DNA of 29,022 nucleotides from Promethearchaeota archaeon (GTDB taxonomy: Archaea > Asgardarchaeota > Lokiarchaeia > Sigyniarchaeales > SOKP01): the NCBI GenBank assembly GCA_019057865.1, contig JAHLWP010000042.1:1-29022 (forward strand). Direction: 5' to 3'. Shown here one piece after another: positions 7,602 to 16,641 of the stretch. Every line of letters begins with the position of its first letter. Position 1 is the stretch's first letter. The translations under genes were made by a program, and so were the position numbers. Below the pieces are notes generated by a model. It made no database searches. It was not told the origin of the DNA and was given only the letters and a program-made list of their open reading frames with translations.

Positions 7602-9371
7602 TTAATAATATTTGAAATTATTGTCTATATAATTCATTACTGTGTGTATTTCTTCTAAATGGGTTTCTTTTTTACCAAAAATGTAGAATCTAACATCTGG
7701 CCCTGTTCCACTTGGTCTGAAGTAGAGAGTAGAATCTTTGCTCTTTAATTGAAATATATCAATTGCATCAGAATTATCTGATAATACATGTATTTCATAA
7801 TCTTTTCCTTTAATGCTTATAATTTTATTATCATTTTTTTCGAAATTTTTCATAATACGTACCTTTTCTTCATCAATAGCTGGAATAGTACGGTTAATCC
7901 CCTTAATAGTCCAATCTATTGATTCTGAAATAACATGTCCACGACAAATTAGCTCTGCAATTAATACTAATGCAGGAACAGGATATTTATCTGCAATTAG
8001 AGGAAAATCTGTTGAAAACTCAAATGTTCTTGTATCTGGATTCTTGGATACATTTAATATATTTAAAGTATGTCCACCAGATTCTTCCCACATAACAATT
8101 AAGAATTGTTCTTTATCTAGACCATTTCTATCCATTAAATTTATAATCTTTTCTTTTAGAGGAGTAGAGCTATTAATTTTTTTCAAACTTTTATCTTCCT
8201 CTTCAATGTAAAGTATTGCAGTATCCACTTTTGATTGATCAACTTCAACACCAAAAAGAAAATATAAAATAATTCCCAAGTGCTTATAGCCAACACCTGT
8301 TAAAATGTTTAAGACGCTAGTGTGGTCTCCTCTTAAATCACTTGGGATCGTTCGAACATTTATAATTTTCTTATTATATTCCTTAGCTAATATATTATGC
8401 ATTGCTGAGTAGATCTCATTAGGGATATAGGTGAAATATTTTCCATTTTGTTTTACATATAACGCAATTCTGTCTCTGTCAGCATCTAATAACAATGCTA
8501 AATTAGAATTGCCCTTACTCATAACATCTTGTAATTTTTCTTCGCGAATTTCTTTTATGGGGTTTGGAGGGTTAATTTCTTCTTCAATTAAAATTACATT
8601 TACTCCAAGTTGTTTAAATAGGTTACCAATTCCTCTAGCCTTTCCGAGATATGGCCAAATTACAATATTCTTTCCCTTTAGACTCTCTATCTCTAAAATT
8701 TTTGATAAGAGTTTTATTGTATAATCATTATTTATTTGTTCAGCATCAATTTGTATAGGGATTATATCAGGTTTAAGATGAACTTCTTTAATTTTTAATG
8801 CTCTCCTTGATACATCCTTGAATAAATCTCCGGACATTGGAATAGGATAATCGATATAAAATTTAATTCCATTCCAAGATAATTCATTATGAGATGCCGT
8901 TAATACTATTATCAAATTGATATCTTCTAACAAAGCTACTGAGGCAGCACCGTAAGGCGCTGAAAGTTTAGATTCTCCGGGATCATCTGTTTGATAACAG
9001 ACCTGATAACCATCATACCCAAATATCTGAGATGTATAATTTAATAGAGTATTTCTACTTGGACGATTATCAGTGACAATTAAAACTTTTAAATTTTGAG
9101 CATTTTTCATCTCTTTAAATTTTTGACTAATGGCTTTAAAGACTCTGAGAAATAGAAATAATTTACGGTTAGTTAATACATATTTTTTTTTACCATTTTC
9201 TTCTATAATATCAAAAATTTGAATTCTCAATCCAGATGTAGGAGCAACAATAGGATCTATAATATTTTTTTCTTCTTCAGTTAATTCTGGTAATTTTATG
9301 ATTTTTATACCTTCTTCCAATTCTTCTAATTCAATTTCCTTTACTTCAAAGTTAATCAGAATCCTCACCAT
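7602..9371 (-). CDS. Alpha-D-phosphohexomutase family protein (PGM/PMM-like), divergent
   Basis: PTSGLR, catalytic LTASHN...NGIKF, metal loop DADRDR, GVGYKH, sugar loop WEESGGH, phosphate loop RPSGTGP. Confidence 0.9.
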   Translation of the reverse strand: MVRILINFEVKEIELEELEEGIKIIKLPELTEEEKNIIDPIVAPTSGLRIQIFDIIEENGKKKYVLTNRKLFLFLRVFKAISQKFKEMKNAQNLKVLIVTDNRPSRNTLLNYTSQIFGYDGYQVCYQTDDPGESKLSAPYGAASVALLEDINLIIVLTASHNELSWNGIKFYIDYPIPMSGDLFKDVSRRALKIKEVHLKPDIIPIQIDAEQINNDYTIKLLSKILEIESLKGKNIVIWPYLGKARGIGNLFKQLGVNVILIEEEINPPNPIKEIREEKLQDVMSKGNSNLALLLDADRDRIALYVKQNGKYFTYIPNEIYSAMHNILAKEYNKKIINVRTIPSDLRGDHTSVLNILTGVGYKHLGIILYFLFGVEVDQSKVDTAILYIEEEDKSLKKINSSTPLKEKIINLMDRNGLDKEQFLIVMWEESGGHTLNILNVSKNPDTRTFEFSTDFPLIADKYPVPALVLIAELICRGHVISESIDWTIKGINRTIPAIDEEKVRIMKNFEKNDNKIISIKGKDYEIHVLSDNSDAIDIFQLKSKDSTLYFRPSGTGPDVRFYIFGKKETHLEEIHTVMNYIDNNFKYY

Positions 9372-9459
9372 TTAAATGAAAATATAATTAGGAATAATTT
9401 TTTTATAATGATTTAATAAGTTAATTTATTCAAATAATAAATTTCTTTTTTATTGTAAA

Positions 9460-10359
9460 TTAAGTAGCTTCGGATATTTTACTTATAGCATCTCTCAAAA
9501 TTGCATGTATTTTCTCTCGATAATTAAGATTTATGGCTATCATACCATGTGTTTTTATTTCTCTCCCCCTATCAGAAAGTATTTTCTGGCAAAATTCAGG
9601 AGTAAGCTTATTTACCAAATCTTGTTTATTTGCAATACCAATTACTAAGGTATCTTTATAAAATTTATCAAGGATATCATGAATGATCTCTTTTGAAGAA
9701 TTAACATTCTCAAAGCTAGAATCTAATACTAATAAAGCTATGTCTGTTCCATCGAGTAAACTCTTCCAGAGAGACCTGAAGTTACTTTGACCAGCGAAGT
9801 CCCAGAATACAATTTCACGGTGAATATCTTGAGATATTTCCTCGCCATCATAATTTGTAATATCAGCAGTAATTGTTGGAACATATTCTAAATCGATATC
9901 TTGCCCACATATCAATTTTAATAATGTGGTCTTTCCAACACCCCCTAATCCAATAATAGATACTTTAATTGCGCCTAATATTGTATTATCCAATTCTTTT
10001 TCAAAATCAGTAAAATAAGCACGATTTCCCGCCCAACTGCCATCCTCTAAGATTTTTCCATACTTCTCAATAAATCTTGCTCTTATAGTTAATATTTTTG
10101 AATTAATTGTTGCATCATCATCTTGTAAATCTGAACAAACAACTATGATGATTTTATCAATAATAGTATAAAAATATTTAAAATCTTCAGTTGCAGTAGA
10201 TTTAATGTCACTTTGACTGATTTCTTTCATAAAACCTGAAAAAGCACTTAAAAATCCAGCCAGTAGATCACGATCAACTTCAGAACTTCCATAATTCCTA
10301 AACAACAATGATTTTCCGTCCTTAGTTAGAATATTGATATACTGTATCAACTTTTCCAC
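9460..10359 (-). CDS. Longin-domain plus Arf-like small GTPase fusion (Asgard eukaryotic signature protein)
   Basis: N-terminal INILTKDGKSLLFRNY...LLAGFLSAFSGFMKE longin pattern; G1 GLGGVGKTT, G2 PTIT, G3 WDFAGQ, G4 ANKQD. Confidence 0.85.
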   Translation of the reverse strand: MEKLIQYINILTKDGKSLLFRNYGSSEVDRDLLAGFLSAFSGFMKEISQSDIKSTATEDFKYFYTIIDKIIIVVCSDLQDDDATINSKILTIRARFIEKYGKILEDGSWAGNRAYFTDFEKELDNTILGAIKVSIIGLGGVGKTTLLKLICGQDIDLEYVPTITADITNYDGEEISQDIHREIVFWDFAGQSNFRSLWKSLLDGTDIALLVLDSSFENVNSSKEIIHDILDKFYKDTLVIGIANKQDLVNKLTPEFCQKILSDRGREIKTHGMIAINLNYREKIHAILRDAISKISEAT

Positions 10360-10447
10360 TTGAGAAGTTTTTTATAATTGTACAATATTAATTAAATAAT
10401 AACTTCGGATAAAAAATAATTTTGTGTATAATACTTCACCTTTTGTT

Positions 10448-10465
10448 TTAAGGATTAATCCTTAA
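10448..10465. promoter_or_regulatory. Perfect 18-bp palindrome TTAAGGATTAATCCTTAA in a divergent promoter region; candidate operator
   Basis: Self-complementary over 18 bp; lies between the divergent starts at 10359 (-) and 10491 (+). Confidence 0.55.
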
Positions 10466-10490
10466 GTAAAAAATAACTAGAGGAATTTGA

Positions 10491-11090
10491 ATGACAAACA
10501 CAGAAAATTCGAATAAAGAAGAACTTAAGAAATATATAGAAGAAACTAACGAAAAACTCTCAATTTTCTCATCCATACTTGAAAAATTTGGATTAGATTT
10601 AATTACAAAAATGGGTCAAACAAATTTGAAATTAAATATGTTGACAGATAAAATCGATGAATTAAGTAAAGCAACAATCGATGTTAAGGCATTAATACCT
10701 CAACTAAATAATGTAATTGAAAATCAAAAAATTCTAGAAGCTGAAATTAATTTAATTAGAACCTTAATACAGAAGTCAAGTATCTCAGTTCAACCTAAAG
10801 AAATGGAAAATGAGGTTGTTGAAAGAGATATAGCTGCTACAGATAAAAAAGAATCAATTATAAATCAACTTATAAACTTAAAAGACGAAGTTGACAATAT
10901 AGATGAACCAATAAAAGTTATTAAAACACTAGAAAATATAAAGGAAGATATATTTGTATTCACAGGTGGCCATAGAATCCTCTATGATATCTCACAAATT
11001 ATTAATAATTTAAATGAGAAAGAAACAATTCCAGAAGATTTAAAGGAAACAATTAAAGAAAAGACTGTATTTTGGAAAAATAAGTTATAA
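10491..11090 (+). CDS. Hypothetical soluble coiled-coil/helical protein
   Basis: 199-aa ORF with GAGG SD; E/K/N-rich heptad pattern; no recognisable catalytic motif. Confidence 0.8.
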   Translation: MTNTENSNKEELKKYIEETNEKLSIFSSILEKFGLDLITKMGQTNLKLNMLTDKIDELSKATIDVKALIPQLNNVIENQKILEAEINLIRTLIQKSSISVQPKEMENEVVERDIAATDKKESIINQLINLKDEVDNIDEPIKVIKTLENIKEDIFVFTGGHRILYDISQIINNLNEKETIPEDLKETIKEKTVFWKNKL

Positions 11091-11157
11091 CTTAAATATT
11101 GAATTATATTGTGTTAAGAAATTTTTTGTTTCAAATTTTTGAAAAAAATTTTCTAGA

Positions 11158-11171
11158 GAAACCTTTATTAA
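11158..11171 (+). promoter_or_regulatory. Candidate archaeal BRE-TATA promoter (GAAACC-TTTATTAA)
   Basis: Purine-rich BRE directly before a TTTAWWAA box, upstream of the 11275 gene; AT-rich background limits specificity. Confidence 0.35.
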
Positions 11172-11274
11172 TAATTGTAGTAAAATTATATTTAATAAAA
11201 ATCGATATCCAGAATTATAAAAATATTAAATTCAATATAGAAAATAAATAAAAAAATAAATTAAAAAAAAGGTT

Positions 11275-11823
11275 ATGAATATGGGAAATGGAAAATTTGT
11301 TGCTATAATTGGTGGTATTATTGGAATAGTGTTCGTTCTCCTTAGTTTAGTTGGAGGCAAATTTTTGTCTTGGTACCAATTTAGCGGAGAAATAGTTGGT
11401 ATTTATGGATCTTCATCAGGTGGACTTTATCTTACAGCATTTGGAGATATTATTTCTGATCCTACAGGAGGACCTGAATTTGAAATAGCTACACTAGTAT
11501 TGCTTGGAGGTATCATGGTATTAGCAGGAGCTGGTTTATGTATCGTCGGTGGTGCTACAGAAAAGAAACCCCTTGGGATCATTGGTGGAATTTTGATGAT
11601 ATTAGGCCCAATGATGATAATTTTTGACCTAGTGGGTGAAGTAAGTGAGTTTTCTGAATATATAAATGATTTGAGTACTGCCTATGATAGTAATGTTTTT
11701 TTTGGTTCATTTAGCGAAACTTATGGTTACTATTCACTAGACTTTACGTGGAGCCTAACGATTGGTTTTTTCATTACTATAGGCGGTGGAGTTGTGGGGC
11801 TGATAGGTGGAGCATTAATATAA
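11275..11823 (+). CDS. Gly-rich four-TM membrane protein, unknown function (claudin/PMP22-like topology)
   Basis: Four hydrophobic segments with loops after TM1 and TM3; C-terminus IGFFITIGGGVVGLIGGALI. Confidence 0.8.
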   Translation: MNMGNGKFVAIIGGIIGIVFVLLSLVGGKFLSWYQFSGEIVGIYGSSSGGLYLTAFGDIISDPTGGPEFEIATLVLLGGIMVLAGAGLCIVGGATEKKPLGIIGGILMILGPMMIIFDLVGEVSEFSEYINDLSTAYDSNVFFGSFSETYGYYSLDFTWSLTIGFFITIGGGVVGLIGGALI

Positions 11824-11937
11824 TTTAAATTTTAATTTTTCTTTTTTTTTTCTAATTTTTTACGAAATTAACTTAACTAAAGTTAAATTAAGAAAAATTT
11901 AAAATAAGAGTTAGAAAATTTGAAAAGCTAAAGTTAT
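11824..11937. terminator. Probable bidirectional terminator region between convergent genes
   Basis: Long T-tracts near 11836-11861, A-tracts near 11894-11918, and a central inverted repeat TTAACT-AA-AGTTAA. Confidence 0.45.
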
Positions 11938-12510
11938 TTAATCAGCTAATTTTGACTGATACGTCAGGTCTGCAATTTTTTGAAAAATGGTTTTAACGCC
12001 CTCTCCTGTTAACGCAGAGGTTTCAAAAAAAGGAGCACTTAGTTTTTCACTTAAATGATCAGCCATAGGATGGATAATTTTTCTCTCATCTTTTAGATCT
12101 ATTTTGTTACCTACTAAAATACGGGGAATTCCGCTAAGACCGTACCGAACTGCCGAATTATACCAGTTGTTTACATTAGAAAATGAACTTGAACGTGTAA
12201 TATCATATACTAAGATCATACCATCTGCACCATTGAAATATGGACGATGAAGCATATAAAATTGGGGTTGTCCTGCGATATCCCAGAACATGAGAAATAC
12301 ATTAACATCACTTCCTTTTTCATCAACTACATTAAGTTTTGCTTTCAAAATGTTTACGCCAACGGTGGGTATATATTCTCCTTTGATTTGTTTACCTAAA
12401 AAATTGTCAAGGAGAGATGTTTTACCTACTGCTGGGTCTCCGATAACAATTATTTTATAGACTAATTCATCTCGAGATGTGAAAATGAGTCCTTCTCTTT
12501 CTTCAGTCAT
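11938..12510 (-). CDS. Rab-like small GTPase
   Basis: G1 GDPAVGKTS, G2 PTVG, G3 WDIAGQ, RabF4-like YFNGA, RabF5 LVYDIT, G4 GNKID, G5 ETSAL; no C-terminal Cys. Confidence 0.93.
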   Translation of the reverse strand: MTEEREGLIFTSRDELVYKIIVIGDPAVGKTSLLDNFLGKQIKGEYIPTVGVNILKAKLNVVDEKGSDVNVFLMFWDIAGQPQFYMLHRPYFNGADGMILVYDITRSSSFSNVNNWYNSAVRYGLSGIPRILVGNKIDLKDERKIIHPMADHLSEKLSAPFFETSALTGEGVKTIFQKIADLTYQSKLAD

Positions 12511-12594
12511 ACTAAATTCAAATTTTTATAGATAATTTTAGAATTAATTATATAAAATATGAAATTGACATATAAAAACTTTAATTATTCGTAA

Positions 12595-13137
12595 TTAGTT
12601 AGATAAAGGAAATTGTTTTTCAATTTCAAATTTCGCAATTCTACTTTTTTCACGGGCGATAAAAAAGATATCATTCACGAGAAACTCTAATTGTATCCAA
12701 GAACTTTGTAATTCATTTATCACTTTAAATAGCTTTTCTTTTCCCTTTATTTGCCCTACACTTAGATGAGGAGTAAATCCCTTTTTGTGTTTGTTCACAT
12801 CATTACAATCAGGAACTAGTTTTAATATTTCAGCTTGAAGGGTAATAATTGATTCATTTAGTTCAGGTTCTAACCAGATTGTATAATTCTGATGTCCATG
12901 ATTATAGAATTTAAAGCTTTTTAATAAAAGCTTAAATGAGTTGATTTGTGAACAGATTTCTGAGAATTTATCTTCAATTTTATAATAAGAGCTTTTTGGT
13001 CTAAATGGATATAATAGTGTTATGTGCGGCATCCATCTATCGACATTTCTATCATATTTTAGTCTAATTTCTTGGATGGGTTTCCATTTTTCTTTTGGAG
13101 GGATAATAACTACAGCAGAGGTATAAACTTTACTCAT
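12595..13137 (-). CDS. 2H phosphoesterase (2'-5' RNA ligase / cyclic phosphodiesterase superfamily)
   Basis: Two H-x-T/S-hydrophobic motifs: PHITLLYPF and PHLSVGQ. Confidence 0.9.
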   Translation of the reverse strand: MSKVYTSAVVIIPPKEKWKPIQEIRLKYDRNVDRWMPHITLLYPFRPKSSYYKIEDKFSEICSQINSFKLLLKSFKFYNHGHQNYTIWLEPELNESIITLQAEILKLVPDCNDVNKHKKGFTPHLSVGQIKGKEKLFKVINELQSSWIQLEFLVNDIFFIAREKSRIAKFEIEKQFPLSN

Positions 13138-13224
13138 TAGTTTAAAAAATCATATTTATTAATTTCTAAATACGTTAATTTTTATTTATATATGATAATT
13201 TTAAAAAGTAAATATATTGTTCTG

Positions 13225-14451
13225 TTATCCTTCAAATAAGAATATCCATAGGTAAGATACAATTGTATTAAAGAAATATAAAGCCAAAACGCTAGTCAGA
13301 ATGTAAATTAAAATTCTATATACTTGAAAATCAAATATTTTTCTGTAACTTTTCTTTTTACTCTTTTTTACAGCCTTAGTGAATTGTACAGTTTGATATA
13401 TTATGCCAAAACAGATTAACAAAAATGGGAACGCCCAATTGTAAGGAAACCCTATTACATGAATAACCGCCTCTGAATCATAATCGATAAATAAAATATT
13501 GCCCCCCAACATATTTCCTACTAAAATTTGTCCATTATCTAATAAATCTGACTCATAGGGGGTTGATAACCAAGGATTTCTTATCTCTTTTATAATTTTT
13601 CTAGATTTGGTATCATAAACTAATAAACGATTATTACCTGAATCTGTAATTAATCTTAAACCATTTCCGATATCATCACAATCTCTTACCCATCTAAATT
13701 TACCATAAGGAAATTTTAATTTTAATTCCCATACAATTTCTTTTGTTGTACTATTAATTTCAATAACCCTATCATTTTCAGAATCGCATATAATTGTATT
13801 TCCATTATCAATTCGATCTGGTTCATGCTGATGATTGAGTAATGTTAAATTATTTGGTTGTCCATACCACCACACTATTTCTTTTGAATCACTATAATTT
13901 ACTTCTATAACTAAATCAAGATTTCGTAATGAAAGTAAAAGTGAATCATAATTACGCCCAAATTTAGACCCATTAATAAAATCTACATCATTAACATAAG
14001 CCCACGGTCCTAAAATAGGTTTATTACTTTCATAGGAAGGGAAATCAGACCATCCTCTATCATTCGCAAATTTCGTCCAATTTATATCAGATACATTTGT
14101 AGCATTCCAACTCCAGAGAATATTTTTTGGATCATCGATATCTACCTCATATACGAGATCATTCCAAGTTGCTGCAATAATGAGGTTGCCATTTGGGAGC
14201 ATATCACTGTCATGAATAAAGAACCCAGGAGAACCCTTCCATTTTAAGTTTCCATATTTATCTATAATAACTACGGGTCCTGATACAGAAGTGACTAAAT
14301 AACATCCAGAATATTTACCTTGTTGAATGTAATCAACACTTAGCGGGTTATTGAAAGGGATGAATTTTGGGATTATACCATAAAAAGAGACCAAACTACA
14401 AGTTAGAATTACTATTGAACAAAATATCATTATTATTTTCTTTTTTTCCAA
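13225..14451 (-). CDS. Membrane-anchored arylsulfotransferase (ASST)-like beta-propeller protein
   Basis: N-terminal TM; repeated D.D.L.NG..LI blades; VNDVD, SLRN and QHEPD motifs; two C-terminal TMs; TTG start with GAGGT SD. Confidence 0.75.
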   Translation of the reverse strand: MEKKKIIMIFCSIVILTCSLVSFYGIIPKFIPFNNPLSVDYIQQGKYSGCYLVTSVSGPVVIIDKYGNLKWKGSPGFFIHDSDMLPNGNLIIAATWNDLVYEVDIDDPKNILWSWNATNVSDINWTKFANDRGWSDFPSYESNKPILGPWAYVNDVDFINGSKFGRNYDSLLLSLRNLDLVIEVNYSDSKEIVWWYGQPNNLTLLNHQHEPDRIDNGNTIICDSENDRVIEINSTTKEIVWELKLKFPYGKFRWVRDCDDIGNGLRLITDSGNNRLLVYDTKSRKIIKEIRNPWLSTPYESDLLDNGQILVGNMLGGNILFIDYDSEAVIHVIGFPYNWAFPFLLICFGIIYQTVQFTKAVKKSKKKSYRKIFDFQVYRILIYILTSVLALYFFNTIVSYLWIFLFEG

Positions 14452-14474
14452 AAGTTCTTAACCTCGTTATAAAC

Positions 14475-14870
14475 TCAAAATCCAAGATAATATGTAATAC
14501 AGGCACTTAGTAAGAATAAACTAAAATATATAAAAAAATATCTCAATGTGAAAATCCAAATATTTTCATTTTGAAGGTTAAATCTGTTAGAATATGATTT
14601 AACGATATATATTATGAATACGATAAGCAGATGTATAATAATAAAATATCCAAAAATCACAAGTGCTATTAAAATAACTCGTAACGATGTATCTATGTTA
14701 AAAAACTCTCCTGAATATAAAGCAACTTGAATAAAATAATGTGTACTTCCACTCACTATTCCTAATATAATTTTTAGCCAAAATAGAAGGATTAATAATG
14801 AATAGTTTTCATAAGAATCATCCTTAATACTAAATTTTTTCCCTTTGAGATCCACTTTTTTCCCTTCCAT
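14475..14870 (-). CDS. Small three-TM membrane protein, possibly EMC6/Rab5ip-like
   Basis: FWLKIILGIVSG (TM1), central TM, and FFIYFSLFLLSACITYYL (terminal TM). Confidence 0.7.
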   Translation of the reverse strand: MEGKKVDLKGKKFSIKDDSYENYSLLILLFWLKIILGIVSGSTHYFIQVALYSGEFFNIDTSLRVILIALVIFGYFIIIHLLIVFIIYIVKSYSNRFNLQNENIWIFTLRYFFIYFSLFLLSACITYYLGF

Positions 14871-15061
14871 CTAATGGCAATATTTAATTAAGTTAGTTAT
14901 TAATAAAATCTCTATGTCTTTTTATTAAAACAAAATATTTAGATGAATTAAAAGATTTTTATTTTAAAAAACTTTATTTCTTTTCTATTAGGAGATTTTT
15001 ATTATTGAATTAAATTTAATTAAAAGATTTTTATTTCAGAAAATTAATTGTAATTTGAAGA

Positions 15062-15568
15062 ATGAAAATTAAACATCGCCATTTTATTAGGAAATCCGAA
15101 TTAAAACCCCTTAAGGAAGAAATCTTAAAACAATATAACCAAAAATTCATTGATCAAATATTTCCTAAGAACTCTAAAGTAGAAGTCATTCAAACGGAAG
15201 CAGGAGATACACTATACGCAATTAATAATGAGTTAAAGCTTTGGAAATCAAATGAAGGATATATTCCCGTTTTAACGCTTCTTTTAAACAAAAGGGTCGA
15301 TTTAAAAAAGATTATAGTTGATAAGGGTGCAATTAAATATGTGGCTAATGGAGCAGATGTTATGCGTCCAGGAATTACAGAAATTGATCCAACTATAAAA
15401 AAAGGAGATATTCTAGTAATTGTAGATGAAACTCATGATAGAGCTCTAGCAATAGGAAAAGCACTATTTGATGCTAAAGTAATGAAAGGAAAAGATTCAG
15501 GTAAAGTGGTTAAAAATTTACACACAATTAATGATTCCGTTTGGGAATTCGAGAAACTATTTAAATAA
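15062..15568 (+). CDS. PUA-domain RNA-binding protein, archaeal MCT-1/Tma20 family (pre-PUA plus PUA)
   Basis: RHFIRKSE N-terminus; IIVDKGAIKYVANGADVMRPGI; GKVVKNLHTINDSVW. Confidence 0.92.
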   Translation: MKIKHRHFIRKSELKPLKEEILKQYNQKFIDQIFPKNSKVEVIQTEAGDTLYAINNELKLWKSNEGYIPVLTLLLNKRVDLKKIIVDKGAIKYVANGADVMRPGITEIDPTIKKGDILVIVDETHDRALAIGKALFDAKVMKGKDSGKVVKNLHTINDSVWEFEKLFK

Positions 15569-15848
15569 TTTCTACTTTTAATGTTGATAATAATATTTGT
15601 CTATCTGATTCTACTAAATCATCAATTACTTTACTCTCACATTCATAAGAATCTATAAAATTATCATTAAATAGAGACATTATAAATATGAGTGAATTCT
15701 GAATGAATTTATGATAATGTATTTTTTCCGAAATTTTCATCAGTTCAATGATTTTCTCGTTTCTCCATAACTCTCTTTGATAAACGTCATTACAGATATA
15801 TGAGAATTCTTTCATTAAATCTGAATAGTACTCTGTTTCATTTATCAT
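15561..15848 (-). CDS. Hypothetical protein, 95 aa
   Basis: GAGGT SD 10 nt before ATG; convergent 8-bp overlap with the PUA gene. Confidence 0.7.
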   Translation of the reverse strand: MINETEYYSDLMKEFSYICNDVYQRELWRNEKIIELMKISEKIHYHKFIQNSLIFIMSLFNDNFIDSYECESKVIDDLVESDRQILLSTLKVEII

Positions 15849-16304
15849 ATTCAGAGATACCTCAATTCATAAATAAAAGTACTTATTATTCTACAATCTT
15901 TTTTAGACATTTTTGAGATTTAAATGATTTTTTTTTTAAGATTTTACGTTGCTGTATTACAAACTTAACAATTTGTGTGTAAAAAATTGATTTCAACATC
16001 TAAAGGCTTGTTATTAATGTTTTATGATTATTATTCCAAATGAAATTGACCCCAAGTAAATTTTTTTTAGTTAGTAGTTCATAATCCTTTACTTCATGAT
16101 TTAAAAAGGAATTTGAGGTGACCATATCTTATGTGATATAAAGTTAAGAATTTGTAATATCTCCATAATATGTTATACAAATATTACACGATATTATTAT
16201 AAAACTTGCTTTTATATTACTTTGGACTATATCATGATGATATTAACACGTATATTGTTGAATATATCGTGATAACTCATCATAATTAGAGAAAATAAGA
16301 GGTT

Positions 16305-16616
16305 GTGTGTGAAAGTATGAGCATGTATCGATCATATTTACTGAAAAATAATTTTTGGGCAAAAAAAGGTAATGAAAAGAATCCAGAAGCCGACAAGGTA
16401 TTTATCAAACATGATTCAGAAGTAGGAGGTATTTACGCTATTATTCATAATGATAAAAGAGGAGTTAAAATTATTGCTGAAGGGAATGAATACTTCTTCA
16501 ACAATTTTGATAAATTAGACACTTTTTTAAATCGACTTCAACAAAGAAGAGACGATTTCATGAAAATTCTCAGAAGAAAAAATATTTCTAAAAGATTGAG
16601 AATGTTAGATATTTAA
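16305..16616 (+). CDS. Hypothetical protein, about 100 aa, basic C-terminus (start may be ATG at 16317)
   Basis: GAGGT at 16299; codon usage typical for the window. Confidence 0.7.
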   Translation: MCESMSMYRSYLLKNNFWAKKGNEKNPEADKVFIKHDSEVGGIYAIIHNDKRGVKIIAEGNEYFFNNFDKLDTFLNRLQQRRDDFMKILRRKNISKRLRMLDI

Positions 16617-16641
16617 ATATAAATTTTCTATTTTAAACACG

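Noticed and set aside
687-8724. Plus-strand ORFs at 687, 2511, 3613, 5403, 5482, 6328, 7813 and 8431
   Set aside because: All lie antisense within well-supported genes, are S/I/F/L-rich shadow translations and show no motifs.
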